NCBI GenBank assembly: GCA_043228905.1
Contig: JBHGNT010000004.1
Span: forward strand, 23,250,001-23,314,000
Source: Azolla caroliniana
Taxonomy: Eukaryota; Plantae; Polypodiophyta
Direction of reading: 5' to 3'
Length of the DNA stretch: 64,000 bases
In this document: positions 34,776-52,231 of the stretch, piece after piece
How the letters are laid out: each line of letters starts with the position of its first letter
Numbering within the stretch: the stretch's first letter is position 1
Program-made: the position numbers and the translations under genes
Notes under the pieces: model-generated
What the model was told of the DNA's origin: nothing
Database searches by the model: none
Seen by the model: the letters and a program-made list of their open reading frames with translations, nothing else

Positions 34776-37700
34776 ACCTCCCCTATGTTCGATGATAACA
34801 GAACCCACGAAGATAACGAATAGAAAAACTTATTTGAAAATGGAGACTCTTGAAAACAATATGTATTTTTAACTCTCATATTATAGAACGAACCAATGGA
34901 TTTATTCAGACAATATGGATCAAAGGCATTACTGCTCTGCCTAGGAAACCTGCAGTATTCTGACAACAGCGTGCAATCTCTTTCACAAATGCCTTCCAGA
35001 TACATCTTTAATACTTTAATCGGAGGTGACAACAATAGAACAGAACAGCAACAGGCAGAACAACAGATTATGGAGCTTCTTGCCACGAACATTCATCTTC
35101 AGAAAAAACACAAGTAATCCAGATGTCACAACTTTATGCGCTCAATTAAAGGCCATACATAATGCAATTCTATCATATGCAAATTAGATTTAAAATCAAT
35201 TTACTGGTTACCACTTTTATGGCATTTAAAAAACATCAATCCTTTACAAGAATTTCAGTTCTTGTTTTCATTTCATCAAGTTGTGATACAAAAACATTAC
35301 AGGTAAATTTTTAAAATGTATTGGTGATTCAAAACACGTAATTCAAACAACTAACATTATGGGTACATTTTTAATTGGTGAACTTTTAGGACACCCTTTG
35401 TCTCTATTTTTTACTTTTGAAAATACGAAGGCTGATTATTCATGGTACCATAAGTCCATCAGAATTAACTGGCCAAATTCTGAAGTACAGATAAACAACA
35501 CTTATGGCCATGAGGAAGTTTCAGATATAATTGAGTCGTCAACTAAAGTAAAGCAATAATAAATGTGAATAAAACTAGCACACGATAGAGTTGAAACTGG
35601 AAAAAATCACATAGCTCATCCATTGGTAGAAACTGAGCCCACATCAAGAATAAGGATGTGGCCATTATCATCTTCAGGAAGAACGTAAGCTCCATACTTT
35701 CACCATGAGCTTTGGACCATAGTCTTCACTTAGTCCCAGATTGCCTGATACTAGATAGCATCATGCAAATCAGGTAACAATAAGCGAGTTGAGCCTGAAT
35801 TGGTGAATTGGAGTCGTTTCCAGAGCAATACTTCCTACAGCTGATACATGTCCAATACACATGGGAAGACATCGTGAAGAATTTAAGTAATATTGAAAGT
35901 AGTATTGGAAGCGGCAAGGATTTGAGCTGGAGTTTAGCAAAGATAAGGTGTCACAGTGGAATATTGTAACTTTGGTAAATAAAATCTTGTATTCCCAAGA
36001 ACTCTCCTCGTTCATAACCCCGGCGATTGGATGCGCCGTTCACGAACTCTACGATGTGTGAACATAAGCTGTTACACTCCCTGCCACCCATCGAGACTAA
36101 GTGCTAAAGCAACAAATGACGACTCTAGGCATTCTTTCACAAATGAATTTCTTCTTTTAGTCATGTTACTAAGAAGATTTTCAGTATTTTGAATGTGTTT
36201 AAATACTATCAGCCTCCGTTCATTGATTTGCAAGGAATGCACAGCTGGAAGTCAGAAGCCCATAGCACCTGTCCAACTCCCACTAAAGGACCATGTGAAT
36301 GGTGGAAAGTGCTGAACGATGCGGCAATTTTAGCCTTACCTTAGAAATCATGGCCCAAGTATCTGAAAAGGATGTATTATCGCTTATCCAAAGGAAAAGC
36401 GCTAGACAGAGTAAGAGTTGGTGGTGGTGGTGGTGTCACGGTCTCTGGTGATAGAAATGAGGAAGTTTGTGGATGTGGTGAAGACCAGAAGAAGTTGTGG
36501 TTGTAATGGGCCTTGCAGAAAAAATCACCTTCATTCCTTTTCCATAAAAGGTGATTTCCAAATTATGACAACCCAAGAGGATACTAGTTTTAGGAACTGG
36601 ATAACATGGGCACGACTTTGGACACAATCTTGCAAAAGGGACAAGTTACAACAATAAGAAGGGAGGCCAGGCCCTAAATTAAAATCAATATCCCAAATAC
36701 ATGGGAGCCTGACTGACATGATTCCTACTAGCATGCTAAATCTTTCTAGGTAGAACTTAAGAAGTCATGCTCGTTCCTAACCAGATTCGATGCCAAGGTT
36801 CCTTTTTCTTGAAACATTCTAGTTCCTCTCGAAAAACAACAGTTCAACATGCAATTCCTTTTTTATCAAAAAAATTTCATCCTTCCTGCCATATTAACAT
36901 ATCTTCATGTCATGTGGTCTGTATAATGCAATAACTTCATTTCAATTTGTTGGAAAAGAGAGAATAGCAATGCAACTACTGTATTCTAGGCACACATGAG
37001 AATATGATGTTTTCATGCACAACTATAAGGCTACAATCAAGTTTTCTTCATTGATAAATGTCACGTAAAAGCACATAACCATAATGCTATCTAAGGGTAA
37101 AGTCTTAATTGAGGTGATAAGGCCATCATTTTAAAAACTTAGCATGTCAAAACCAAGAAAATTGCAACATGAAAGATTATGTTCTTCCAAGGTCCCCACA
37201 GCAACGAAAAGTTACAGCGTATCAATTGCACGGGACTTTGGGAGCATTCTTTTCGCAGACACAAGTGAGAAAATTTCCTTGAAATAACGAAAAACCAGTA
37301 TAGCTTTCTAAAGTTTGGCGTTCATCTTAAGCTAGTAAGATACCTCAATAATTCATCACTGCCTAGTGAAAGAAAGCTAGTATCACACTAAAATGAAAAT
37401 ATAGCATTAAGGTTGATATTTTATGCCAAAAGCTATGGTTCGTGAAAAAGTTTGAAACAATTAATTGTCATGTGTGGGTTTGCTGTGGAAGCCCACAATC
37501 TGAGAAATCATCAAATTTTCAAATGCTGGCTTCAAATGATTTCTCAAGGTTGGGATTGGCTAAGTTGTTAATCGTTTATTGCCTCTTGAGGGTCTAGGAT
37601 ATCATCACCTTTCTTCACACTTTTGGAATCCATAAAGCTCTTTTCAGAGTTGAATAGGACATTGTTTTCTTGTAATACATTATTTTATTCTAAGTTTCAC

Positions 37701-39699
37701 CCATTGCACCCACATAAGACTAACTAGCACCATGTATGATTGATCTCTTCTTTATCAAGGTCATACTTGCATTGGTTCACATCTTTACCTTCAATAACCA
37801 ATTGATGCTGAAACTTTCTACGATTTCATTTTGCATCACTGGTACTATTTTACAACACTATCGCTACTATGCTTAAAGCAAAAGAAACATCACATGTTTC
37901 TCGAAGTAATGTTGTATTCATGTTTTAGGAAAATACTGATTTTATCCAGCACTTTTAGTATCTTTTTGTGTGATTTGGTACTCGAAATGGATGTACCAAA
38001 TTTGTTCCCTAGGTCAAGTTCGGCCGTTCAATACAAGTCTTCAGAGCCCAACTTCTTATAGACCCATTTACACTCATCCAAGATAAAGATATACCTACAT
38101 CAAAGTCGAGGGATGCATTGAAATATATCATAGCCACATAACATGTGTGAGGATCGATAGACAGTATGTTCTTGCTTATGTACATAAGACATTCATAAAT
38201 AGAGAACCTGTTGCTGAGTGGTTCAGCCCTTCATTTCCCTTTATCGTTCAGAACATGATCAAAAAACATTTAAGGACGACCCAAGTAGAATCCAAATGCG
38301 TGATCTCAAATTAATGTGGCAACAATGAGGGTTTTTACAGGAATATGGAAGATCATTGCCACTGAATATATTCTACGATCCTATGTGTGATCATTTCAGT
38401 AAAATGACAAATGCGCGAGCTTTATCATAGACATAAATTTTTTTAACTTAACAATATCAAAGTCAAAAGGACTGCATTCAAAAACTGTTAGTTTGGTTAT
38501 ATATGTGTTAAGATTTTAGACACTATGTTCTCAATCTAATACATATCATACATACACAAAATCTCCTTACATGTACGTATATATCTTGGAAAAACATTCT
38601 GAAATCTCTTTAAACAAGCATATATATATATATATACACACATACATAACAAAACGAATTCATATCCAAAATCTCTTTACAGTATGCATATGTGTACATA
38701 AATCATGTAGTTAAATTCAATCTTTCGAGATTCAATGTTCTTCAATGCTTTCTTATATATACAAATGACAGCCCTCAGTAACATGAGTTAGTTGAGACAT
38801 TCGTCAAGGATCATTCAACAAGGGGATGCTTTTATGGGTAGTTTACTTAAACAAAAAAGCACACAAAACAACAGAGAAACAGAATAAATAAGCAAAACAA
38901 AAGAAGCCATGGAGAGAATTGGCGGTTACAGATTTGAGGGACGGAGAGAGGAGTGTTGTTGGGAGATTCGGGGACAACTTACGGTTGTGCAAGGATGGAC
39001 GAGAGAGAGGGACTGGGATCTGCATCCGGCCCGGAACGATGGAAAAGCCCACGAGGGGAAGAACGAGCTATGGAAGAGAGAGACAGAAAGAGATGGAACA
39101 GGGCAGTGTCCAACATGAGCCAAAGGACCCAACAAATCTCTCCGGACAAACCGGCCGCCCGACTGCCCGGACACCCCGACAATATAACATCTCTTTTGTC
39201 TGGTCGGGCTTCGTGCCGCCCAGGACACCAAAATAAATAAACACCCATCGCCTGTTCCTTGCCTCTCTCCCTCTCTCCCTCTCGATGAATGGGTAAATAT
39301 CCCATTTTTTGTTGTAAACCATTTGTCTCATGGGCCAATTTTGGCCTTAGAAGACGTTAATATATCTTTCTTTCTTTCTTTCTTTCTCACTTCCACGAGA
39401 GCAAAAAATTCTCTCATTCGGTTGGGTAGTTGACATCCTGTAATGGTTTGAAATATGGGATTTGGAAGATCTCCCTAGAGCTTCCAAATGACGCTATGAA
39501 AATATGTTGTTATTGCGAAAAGATTAATGAGCCCACCAAGTAAGAAGTGGAAAGATGCTAAAAGGACAAATTTTAGATTATTACATTGCAAACATCAATT
39601 GTGAATGTTGGGTTCTATATAAGGCGAGAAGGCCCTGTGGATCGTATTCAACCTTGCCTCATTACTAACATGAGCATTAATTAACTCTTGTAGAGCCAT

Positions 39700-40100
39700 A
39701 ACAGTCCTTCACACTCGATCACACAACCTAGGTATTGAAGTTGCAGTATGGAATCAAAATCAGCCAAATATAAAGACTTGTAAGGTATGCGAGGAAGGAT
39801 TGGTAGAGGACAAATATCACTTGCTTTTTACACGCTCTACATATTATAGTGCAATTCGTGAAAGATCTTATGATATATTAAGAGGGGGTGACGACTTGAG
39901 TATCGTACTAAAGAGAACACCTATAAGGTTGAGCTCATATGTGTATGCCTTATTCACACAACGAGACTTGGTGCTTCAATGTATGAATATCCCTTCTTAG
40001 GAAGCAGACACACATCAAGATAACTTTTGTACTTAGGTCCTATGGGGGGTCAATATTGACCTCTCATGAATGCTAAAAAATAGCTATCTATCTATCTCTC
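39700..40100 (+). mobile_element. 5'-truncated LINE 3' end (RT-distal zinc-finger region, CTAT tail)
   Basis: Frame LHTRSHNLGIEVAVW...CKVCEEGLVEDKYHLLFT...YSAIRER resembles the SHxLxIExGRW...CxxC...EDExH motif; ends in (CTAT)n. Confidence 0.6.
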
Positions 40101-42361
40101 CAACTCCCTCACATCACCCTTGTTCTATATGGTCAAAACAACAATCAAAGTGTGGCCCCCTGTGCCATGTCCTCTCTTGGAGCTCTTGAAAAAAGGTCTA
40201 AGTGCAACCCTTTGTAGGAACTACTGGAACAATCACGCTTGACTTTTTCCGTACGTCGACCACTTGAAAATCAACATGTTCATATGTTTCTGATATGTTG
40301 AGCCTGAAATATGTCATCACCTTTCCTCATTTTTATGGCCTATGTTCAACCAGCCCCATCCTATATATTTCAATGTATGTGTGAGCATTGGCAAATTGAT
40401 GAGATTGTTAATATCCCTTTCCTAGGCATGGTTTTTCGACATTGGGATGCTTTCTTTGCATCCCTTTGTTTCTATTGCAAGGGCTACCATCTTTGTTAAG
40501 CCATGATTGTATTGTTGCATGCTTTGGCAAATCTTTTCTACATACTCTCACCTACTTTGATAGTACATGTTTGATTCATGTTGTCTAATGCCACGTGGAA
40601 TTGTTTTTGTGCTAGATTCCTTTGGCCACTATTGGGTTAACTACAAAACTACTTACTGAGCTTTCCATTTTTTAGTGACATGCATCTTTTTCTTGGTGGA
40701 CCTGCCTATAACAAGGTGCCAATAGTGGTCCTAACAAAGTTGGTGGCCAAGCCATTTTCTTTGGGTTTGGCAATTACATTGGGCATTGGTTGGTAAAATG
40801 CCCTAGTTCTCACTAAGTTTGTAATTGTGGGTTGACCATAAAGCTTTCTCATTGTTCTAGCTTTACGATAGAAAGGTCAACCCTTCTCGAAGGTGCGTGG
40901 AAAAGTATCCAATGTATACAAGATGGGGATGTAAACTAACATTTTAGAATAACGTGTGGGCATGAACTTTTTTGTGTGGATGTGGTCAAGCCGTGTGCAT
41001 GTATGCTCCTACATGTTTATACATATGTTCCCATGTGTGTGTATCCATGTGGTGGCATATAACACAAAGATGACTTTAATGGAACAATTAACATGGCTAT
41101 AGATTCAACACACAATGTTGTATTCACTAAGATACATTGTGATGTTGATGCGACAATAATCAATAAGTCACTAAGAGAACGGGTAAAAGCCCACTAGATT
41201 AAGTTCTAAGGGGTGAGACATTGGACCATGCAATACAATTAATGTTGGATACATGTCTAAAAGGTTAAGAGCAACACTCGACCAACATCATTCAAGCCCA
41301 CTAGATTAAGTACAAAAGGGCGAGACAAATATTGAGTGATTGCCAAAATGTGCTTGAGAGGTACCTTAAAGCTTCATATCATATGACTGTTCACAAGGAA
41401 CAAATTACACATGAGCTAAAAGATAGGTGGCATTTGGCCTCAGATACACAAACTAGAAATCAACACATTACAAATGAATTTGTGACAAGAAAATTGATTG
41501 ATGAAAAAATATATTATGAGATGACGGGGAAAACTATAACATGGCCCCATGTGTGTGCCTATGCATGGCATATATTCATCGGGATAGTGTACACACATGC
41601 AAGTTGGGCCATACATTGACACCTACACTTCACCACACACGTGCTTTAATGCTAGCTTAGGCTTTCCACACATACATGACCATGCATATGTGACTTCTAC
41701 ACAATTCATATCTTGAGAATCATAACCCCATTGTAAAATGGACAAGGACGTGAGCAACTCAACCCTAAAAACATTTATGTACCTCACAAATTGAGCCATC
41801 ATACCTTTGGTATGTTCAATGTAATCCATTGTGAACTAGGTCAAGTGGAGACACCTTTGGTTTCCATCATATCCCTTAGAATCCAAACAGAATATTACAA
41901 CCAACGACATCACATGTTTATCATTCACCCTTTTGAGCGTGAGTGTGGTCATAATTAGATTGATGTCGGCCAACCTCTACACCTAGTCTAAGCATGTCTA
42001 AGCAATCCAACTTAGGTCTAGTGAGCCAACTTTGGCCTAGTTCAAACTCAATGGCAACGCCTAGTCTAAGCATGTATGGATGAACTCATAAACAAACCTT
42101 GGCAACTCAAACTAAAATTGGATCTAGATAGCAAGTACCATAGCTTTACATGCCACATGCAAGGAGTTCCTTTATTATAATTGTCGATAATACATTTTAC
42201 ATAAACAAAAATACTTTTTTTTTAACAACTTTAGTTGCCTAATATGAACTGTCATATGAAACACAAGGTGTCTATGGCACCAAAGTTTTTTTTAACAATC
42301 TAAAGTACGCTAGACCCAACAAACATCCTTATCATAAAAATCACGGAGCTGGCTATAGTTC

Positions 42362-43454
42362 ATAAGCTCGTTGAACTGAAAACCCAAAGGCATCGACAAT
42401 CGAAACACATGAAGGAAACCCAAATTCATTCATTCACATAGAGCTTAGGGCTTGCCTTCCATCCCAACACTTACTTACTTAGAATGCCATTGGACCTGCA
42501 CTTCCAAGCATTTGACCACAAGATGAGGCTTGTAAAAAAAACACAAGTAAGATGTGTGTTTATAAGCTCGTTGAGCTGAAAACCCAAAGGCATTGACAAT
42601 CGAAACACATGAAGGAAACCCAAATTCATTGATTCATTCACATAGAGGCTAGGGCTTGCCCTCCATCCCAACACTTACTTACTTAGAAGGCCATTGGACC
42701 TTCACTTCCAAGAATTTGAACACAAGGCGGGGCGGGGTTTGTCACAAAAAAAGAGCTAGTAAGATGTGTCTTTCTAAAAGCTCGAGCCTAAACCCAAATG
42801 TATTCAACAACCCCAAAACACAAAGGCATCGGCTCAGCGAGCTTCGAAACACACATCGGACTTTGTGTGTTTTTGGGGTCGTCGAATGCATGTGGTGTTT
42901 CAACTCATCGAGCTTAGAAACTCACATCTGCCTTGTGCTTTTGGGGCTGTCGAATGCCTTTAGGGTTTCGGCTTGGCGAGCTTAGGAACACACATCTGAC
43001 TTGTGCTTTTGGGGGGCTTTGTTGAATGCCTTTAGGGTTTTGACTCAGCGAGCTTAGAAACACACATCTGACGTGTGCTTTTGGGGGGCTTTGTCGAATG
43101 CCTTTAGGGTTTCGGCTCAGCGAGCTTAGAAACACACATCAGACTTGTGCTTTTGGGGGGGCTTGTCGAATGCCTTTAGGGTTTCGGCTCAACTGGCTTG
43201 TGTTTTGGGGGTTGTCGAATGCCTTTGGGTGGGTGGGTGGGGGGGGGGGGGTTTCAATTCATCGAGCTTAGAAACACACGTATGACTAGCGTTTTGTTGT
43301 TGTTGTTGGAAAGCCTCAGACTCGTGTTCCGAACGCTTGGAAGGAAAGGGAAGGTCCAATGGCAGTCTAATGTTAAATAAAGTGTTGGGATGGAAGGCAA
43401 ACAAACCCTAGGTGAATGAATATGAATGAAATTAGGGTTTGTTTCTTTCATGTG
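42362..43454. repeat. Foldback-like complex repeat: two 200-bp direct copies, ~72-bp tandem units, and an inverted terminal copy
   Basis: ATAAGCTCGTTGA at 42362 and 42562; GCGAGCTTAG(G/A)AACACACATC units at 42976, 43048, 43120; 43252-43454 is the reverse complement of the left arm. Confidence 0.8.
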
Positions 43455-44100
43455 GGGGTGTGAATTGGATTGAAGCAGGGGAGGGGGCAGGGGAGACAGA
43501 GTCTACTAGAAATAGGGGGAGGCAGGGGAAAGGCAAGGGTTGGAGTTGCAGGGTGTGCACGACGCTGCTCTTCCTTCCCTTCCCTCTCTCTCTCTCTCTC
43601 TCTCTCTCCCCCTCCCCCTCTCCTTCCTTCTTCTGTCTCTCTGACTTTCTTCCCCTTCCCCTCCTCCTCCTCCTCCTCCTCCTCCTCCTCCTCTCCTTCT
43701 TCTTCTTCCAGAAAAAGAAAAAATCAAAACAGAAACCCTAGCCTTCTCCCCTTCCCTTTCTTATCCAACAAACAGGGAAAAAAAACCCAAACAAAATCAA
43801 ACAAAACCAAAAATCAGACAAAAAAAAAAACACCCCCCCTCCTCCAGAAATATCTTCCTGTGCAGCAACCAACCCTAACCCCTAAAGCTTGGGCCTCAGT
43901 CAGAACCAGAAATTATATATACTTATCAGAAACCCCTCCCCCCCCCGACCCTGACTTGAGAACAAGCGGAAAAATTACCTTCCTTATCAGGAGCCCTAAC
44001 GTGGGTTCTTCTTGGAGCAAGCCCCCCCCTAAAAAAGAAAACCCAAGCGGAAAAAAAAACCGAGCCTTTCTCGTGCACGGGGAGGTCAGGGCAATAGTAG

Positions 44101-49060
<4,960 letters not shown>

Positions 49061-52000
49061 AGGCTGGGACTTGGAAGAAACTCTAATTTTTTCTTTCATC
49101 AGACTTTCTTTAAGCGTTTTGCTGTTTTTTGGTGTGTTTTTTTGTTCTGTAATCGGAGTTTTGGGAGTACTTCTGGTTGTTGTGGCTTGTTTTATCTGGA
49201 ATTATGTAATGTAAAGTCACACATGGGGAAGAAACTAGTAGAATCAAGTCAATGTGGTACAAGTAGTGGATGGTCCAGACTTTTTGTGTTCTGGCTACAT
49301 TACATTTTCAATGTATGTAGCAAACTCTTTTTTTAATATTTCAAAGACTGCAATATTGTTCTGCTCAATGTTTTCATATAGCTTATTCTTTTGTTTGTTG
49401 TATTTGAAAATTTCGACTCTACTGACTCGTGGGGGTAGCTGTTCCTTATATAATATTAAAACTCTGGTGTTTTGAGGAGCTCTAATAAATTAATTGTTTT
49501 TTTTGTTGGTTAACAGTTGACTTTGTTCTCTTTTAGTCTAGTGAATGACATCATAATGTAGGTTCAAGGAAAGGCTTTTAAGTAGCAGTGTACTGATTGG
49601 AGGTACATGGTTTTCAATGATCTTATAACTGTTTGCCTGTTGCTATGTGGTAAAGAATGCTTGCATATTTCCATGCAATTCGATGTGCTGATAACTTTGC
49701 ATGAGCTATGGTTTTGAATTGATGATTGCCATTTCATGGCTTGATTGTGATTTGATGTGCATGATTTAGCAATTTTATAGGCTCTGTTTGAAAGGGAAAT
49801 AAATTATTGTTGGGCATCTAGGGAGAATGAGGAATATCAGAGTATATGTAAAAAAAGCAAGTCTCAGAGTTGATCTGCAGAGTTCTGACTTAGTATTATC
49901 ATTCATCAATACTGTGTTTGGTTTCATCCTGAAATATATAGGATATATGGTTATTTAGCTTTTCAATACACTGCGTCTTGAGATAATAATTGGTTATTTC
50001 AGCCGTCCATCTACATACATCTATGGAGAGGTGAATAATACTAATTACTGAAACTATGTTCAAAAGTTGCATTGAATGCTCGAATTATTGTATAAAGTTA
50101 TGCCCCCTGCTTTACAATACAATGTATAAGAGCATTAAATGCTTCTCTTAGGAAATATTTTGTTCTCTTACTTTATACTTATCTTAAGAAGAGCGTTTAT
50201 TAAAAGCTACCTCACAGTTAACTAAGTTCGCAACTGTTTTGCAAGTTTAGGTTTGTACAATGTAAACAATTAGTTTTAGTGCAAATTATACACTTACTAA
50301 GTACTAAGTTGGTAACCCCATGACTGAAGTCTTTTTGATACCACTCAATGTTGGTGACAGCAATCAGCATTCTCATGAATTTAGAAGGAAGAATTCTTAT
50401 TCATGCTAAATTTGCAATATGATCTTAATATAGTGTTGTGCATGTCCTATTGCATTTAATACAGCAATTTATTAGTATTTTTTGACAAGTTAAATGTAAT
50501 GGAAATATCACGTGTACTTAATTCTAATTGCATGATTCCCATCACCAACACTTCAATGTCGAAGAAACATGGTACATGCCTTAAGCTTTAAAGGCCAATG
50601 CCATGATTTTATTTCATTCCAAGTTGTCATTGATAAAGGGTGAATAACCAGGGCAAGTGTGTATACATGATGCACGTGTAGTCAAAGCCACATGAGAAAG
50701 TTGCATATGGACAATGTGAATGGAAGATTATTGATCAGGCCACTAATTTCACATCTAGACTGAAATATTTCGTGATTTAAATCACTTAACCTTTTTCAAT
50801 TTAAATAGTAGACTGCATTCTTAAGAGAGCCTTTGCGAGGAAAAGGATTGCATTTTTATCATATCGACCAATGTGCCATAGATCTTTTTATCATGAGCAC
50901 ACTTTGATTTCGTGTTGTAGACCCTTGTGGGAAATGTCTTTCCTTTTAGCCCTATAATTGGTTTTTCCACTTTTTATTGTAGTTTTTATGTGTAAAAAGC
51001 TACATGCGTCTTGAGATAATCAGAACATGTGCCATTGTAAAAATCTCACATGCTCACCCTGGCAATGCATTAGAGATTATTTATGTTCGTGTTGTCTAAT
51101 ATTGGTACTTAAAGCTTAAATTACAACTCAGGTTTTTCAAATAAAAAGGGAAAATCCTAAGTTTTAGCTAAGATAAGATTTCCTAGTCACACAATGTTTT
51201 CTGTAATACAAATCTGAAATTTAACGAAGCAACCAAAACCACAAAGAAAGGATACGAGATAGAGAACTAAAGGTTTGTACATTCAGTAGACTGAAAGCAT
51301 TTCATCGGAAAGCATATATAGATAGATTGCAATATCATGGGAACTGTGCCAAACCTACAAAGACAAACGGAATAACTTCCACAAGGTAAATATATCGAAT
51401 GCGCATATGCATGCACACATACAATATATGTGCATAGATGTATGTGCACACTATCATAGTAGAATTTATGGGCACAGGGGAAATATGGGAAGCCTAAAGT
51501 TTTGATCAAATAAAAAAATGCATAGATTTTCATAATGGTTTTTTCCATAAAATTAGGCCTAGGTTTTCGTGAGTCCTGATGTGTTATGATTTTTAGAGGC
51601 TATAATATGCTGCTATGTTTCTTGACTTGGGATAACGAGAGAAGAGATAATCGAGGAAATCTCCAATTGATTTTGTGATACATTTTATCCATGAGATATG
51701 ATTCAACCAAAGCACATGGGAATTAGACCTTGAGCAGGAACAAACACTCTTTCTTGCTTTTATAATTTTGGACATCCCAAAAAACAAAGCATATATTCAA
51801 AATTTTGCCAAAATGATTTCACATTCCGATTCATGAATACAATAGTGTTTACATGGTGGATTTCAGTAGAAATTTAGCTATCCATATGGACAAGGGGGAG
51901 GGCTTTTTTTCGGGGGCGGGGGGGTGGGGGGGGGGGGGGGGGGGGGGGGGGGAAGGGATATGTATTGTAGGATTACAGAAGCATATGAACAAAAGCTCAA

Positions 52001-52231
52001 TACATTGAGGTCTTTTAGCTTCAACTTCCTATAACAAGGTAACAACAGTAATGACAAGAATCCGAAAATCACCCACTTGCCCAAGTTAAGAACAAATATA
52101 CATACACACAACACAAATATGCTGAGTTTTGGACTTGGGTTGTTTTATCTTGGGGTAATATCACCTTGCTATAGTAATGCCATATGCTAGCTTAATGGCT
52201 ATGATTTTTTTTTAGCATTTTATCATTGATT

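Noticed and set aside
36060-36730. Possible decayed LINE fragment upstream of the ATG13 coding region
   Set aside because: Only faint motif resemblance; cannot be supported without a search.
42830-43230. Regularly spaced repeats resembling a CRISPR array
   Set aside because: The whole 72-bp unit repeats with no unique spacers, there are no cas genes, and the context is eukaryotic.
51893-51955. Long poly-G tract (possible G-quadruplex)
   Set aside because: Homopolymer length is unreliable in this assembly region and there is no evidence of function.
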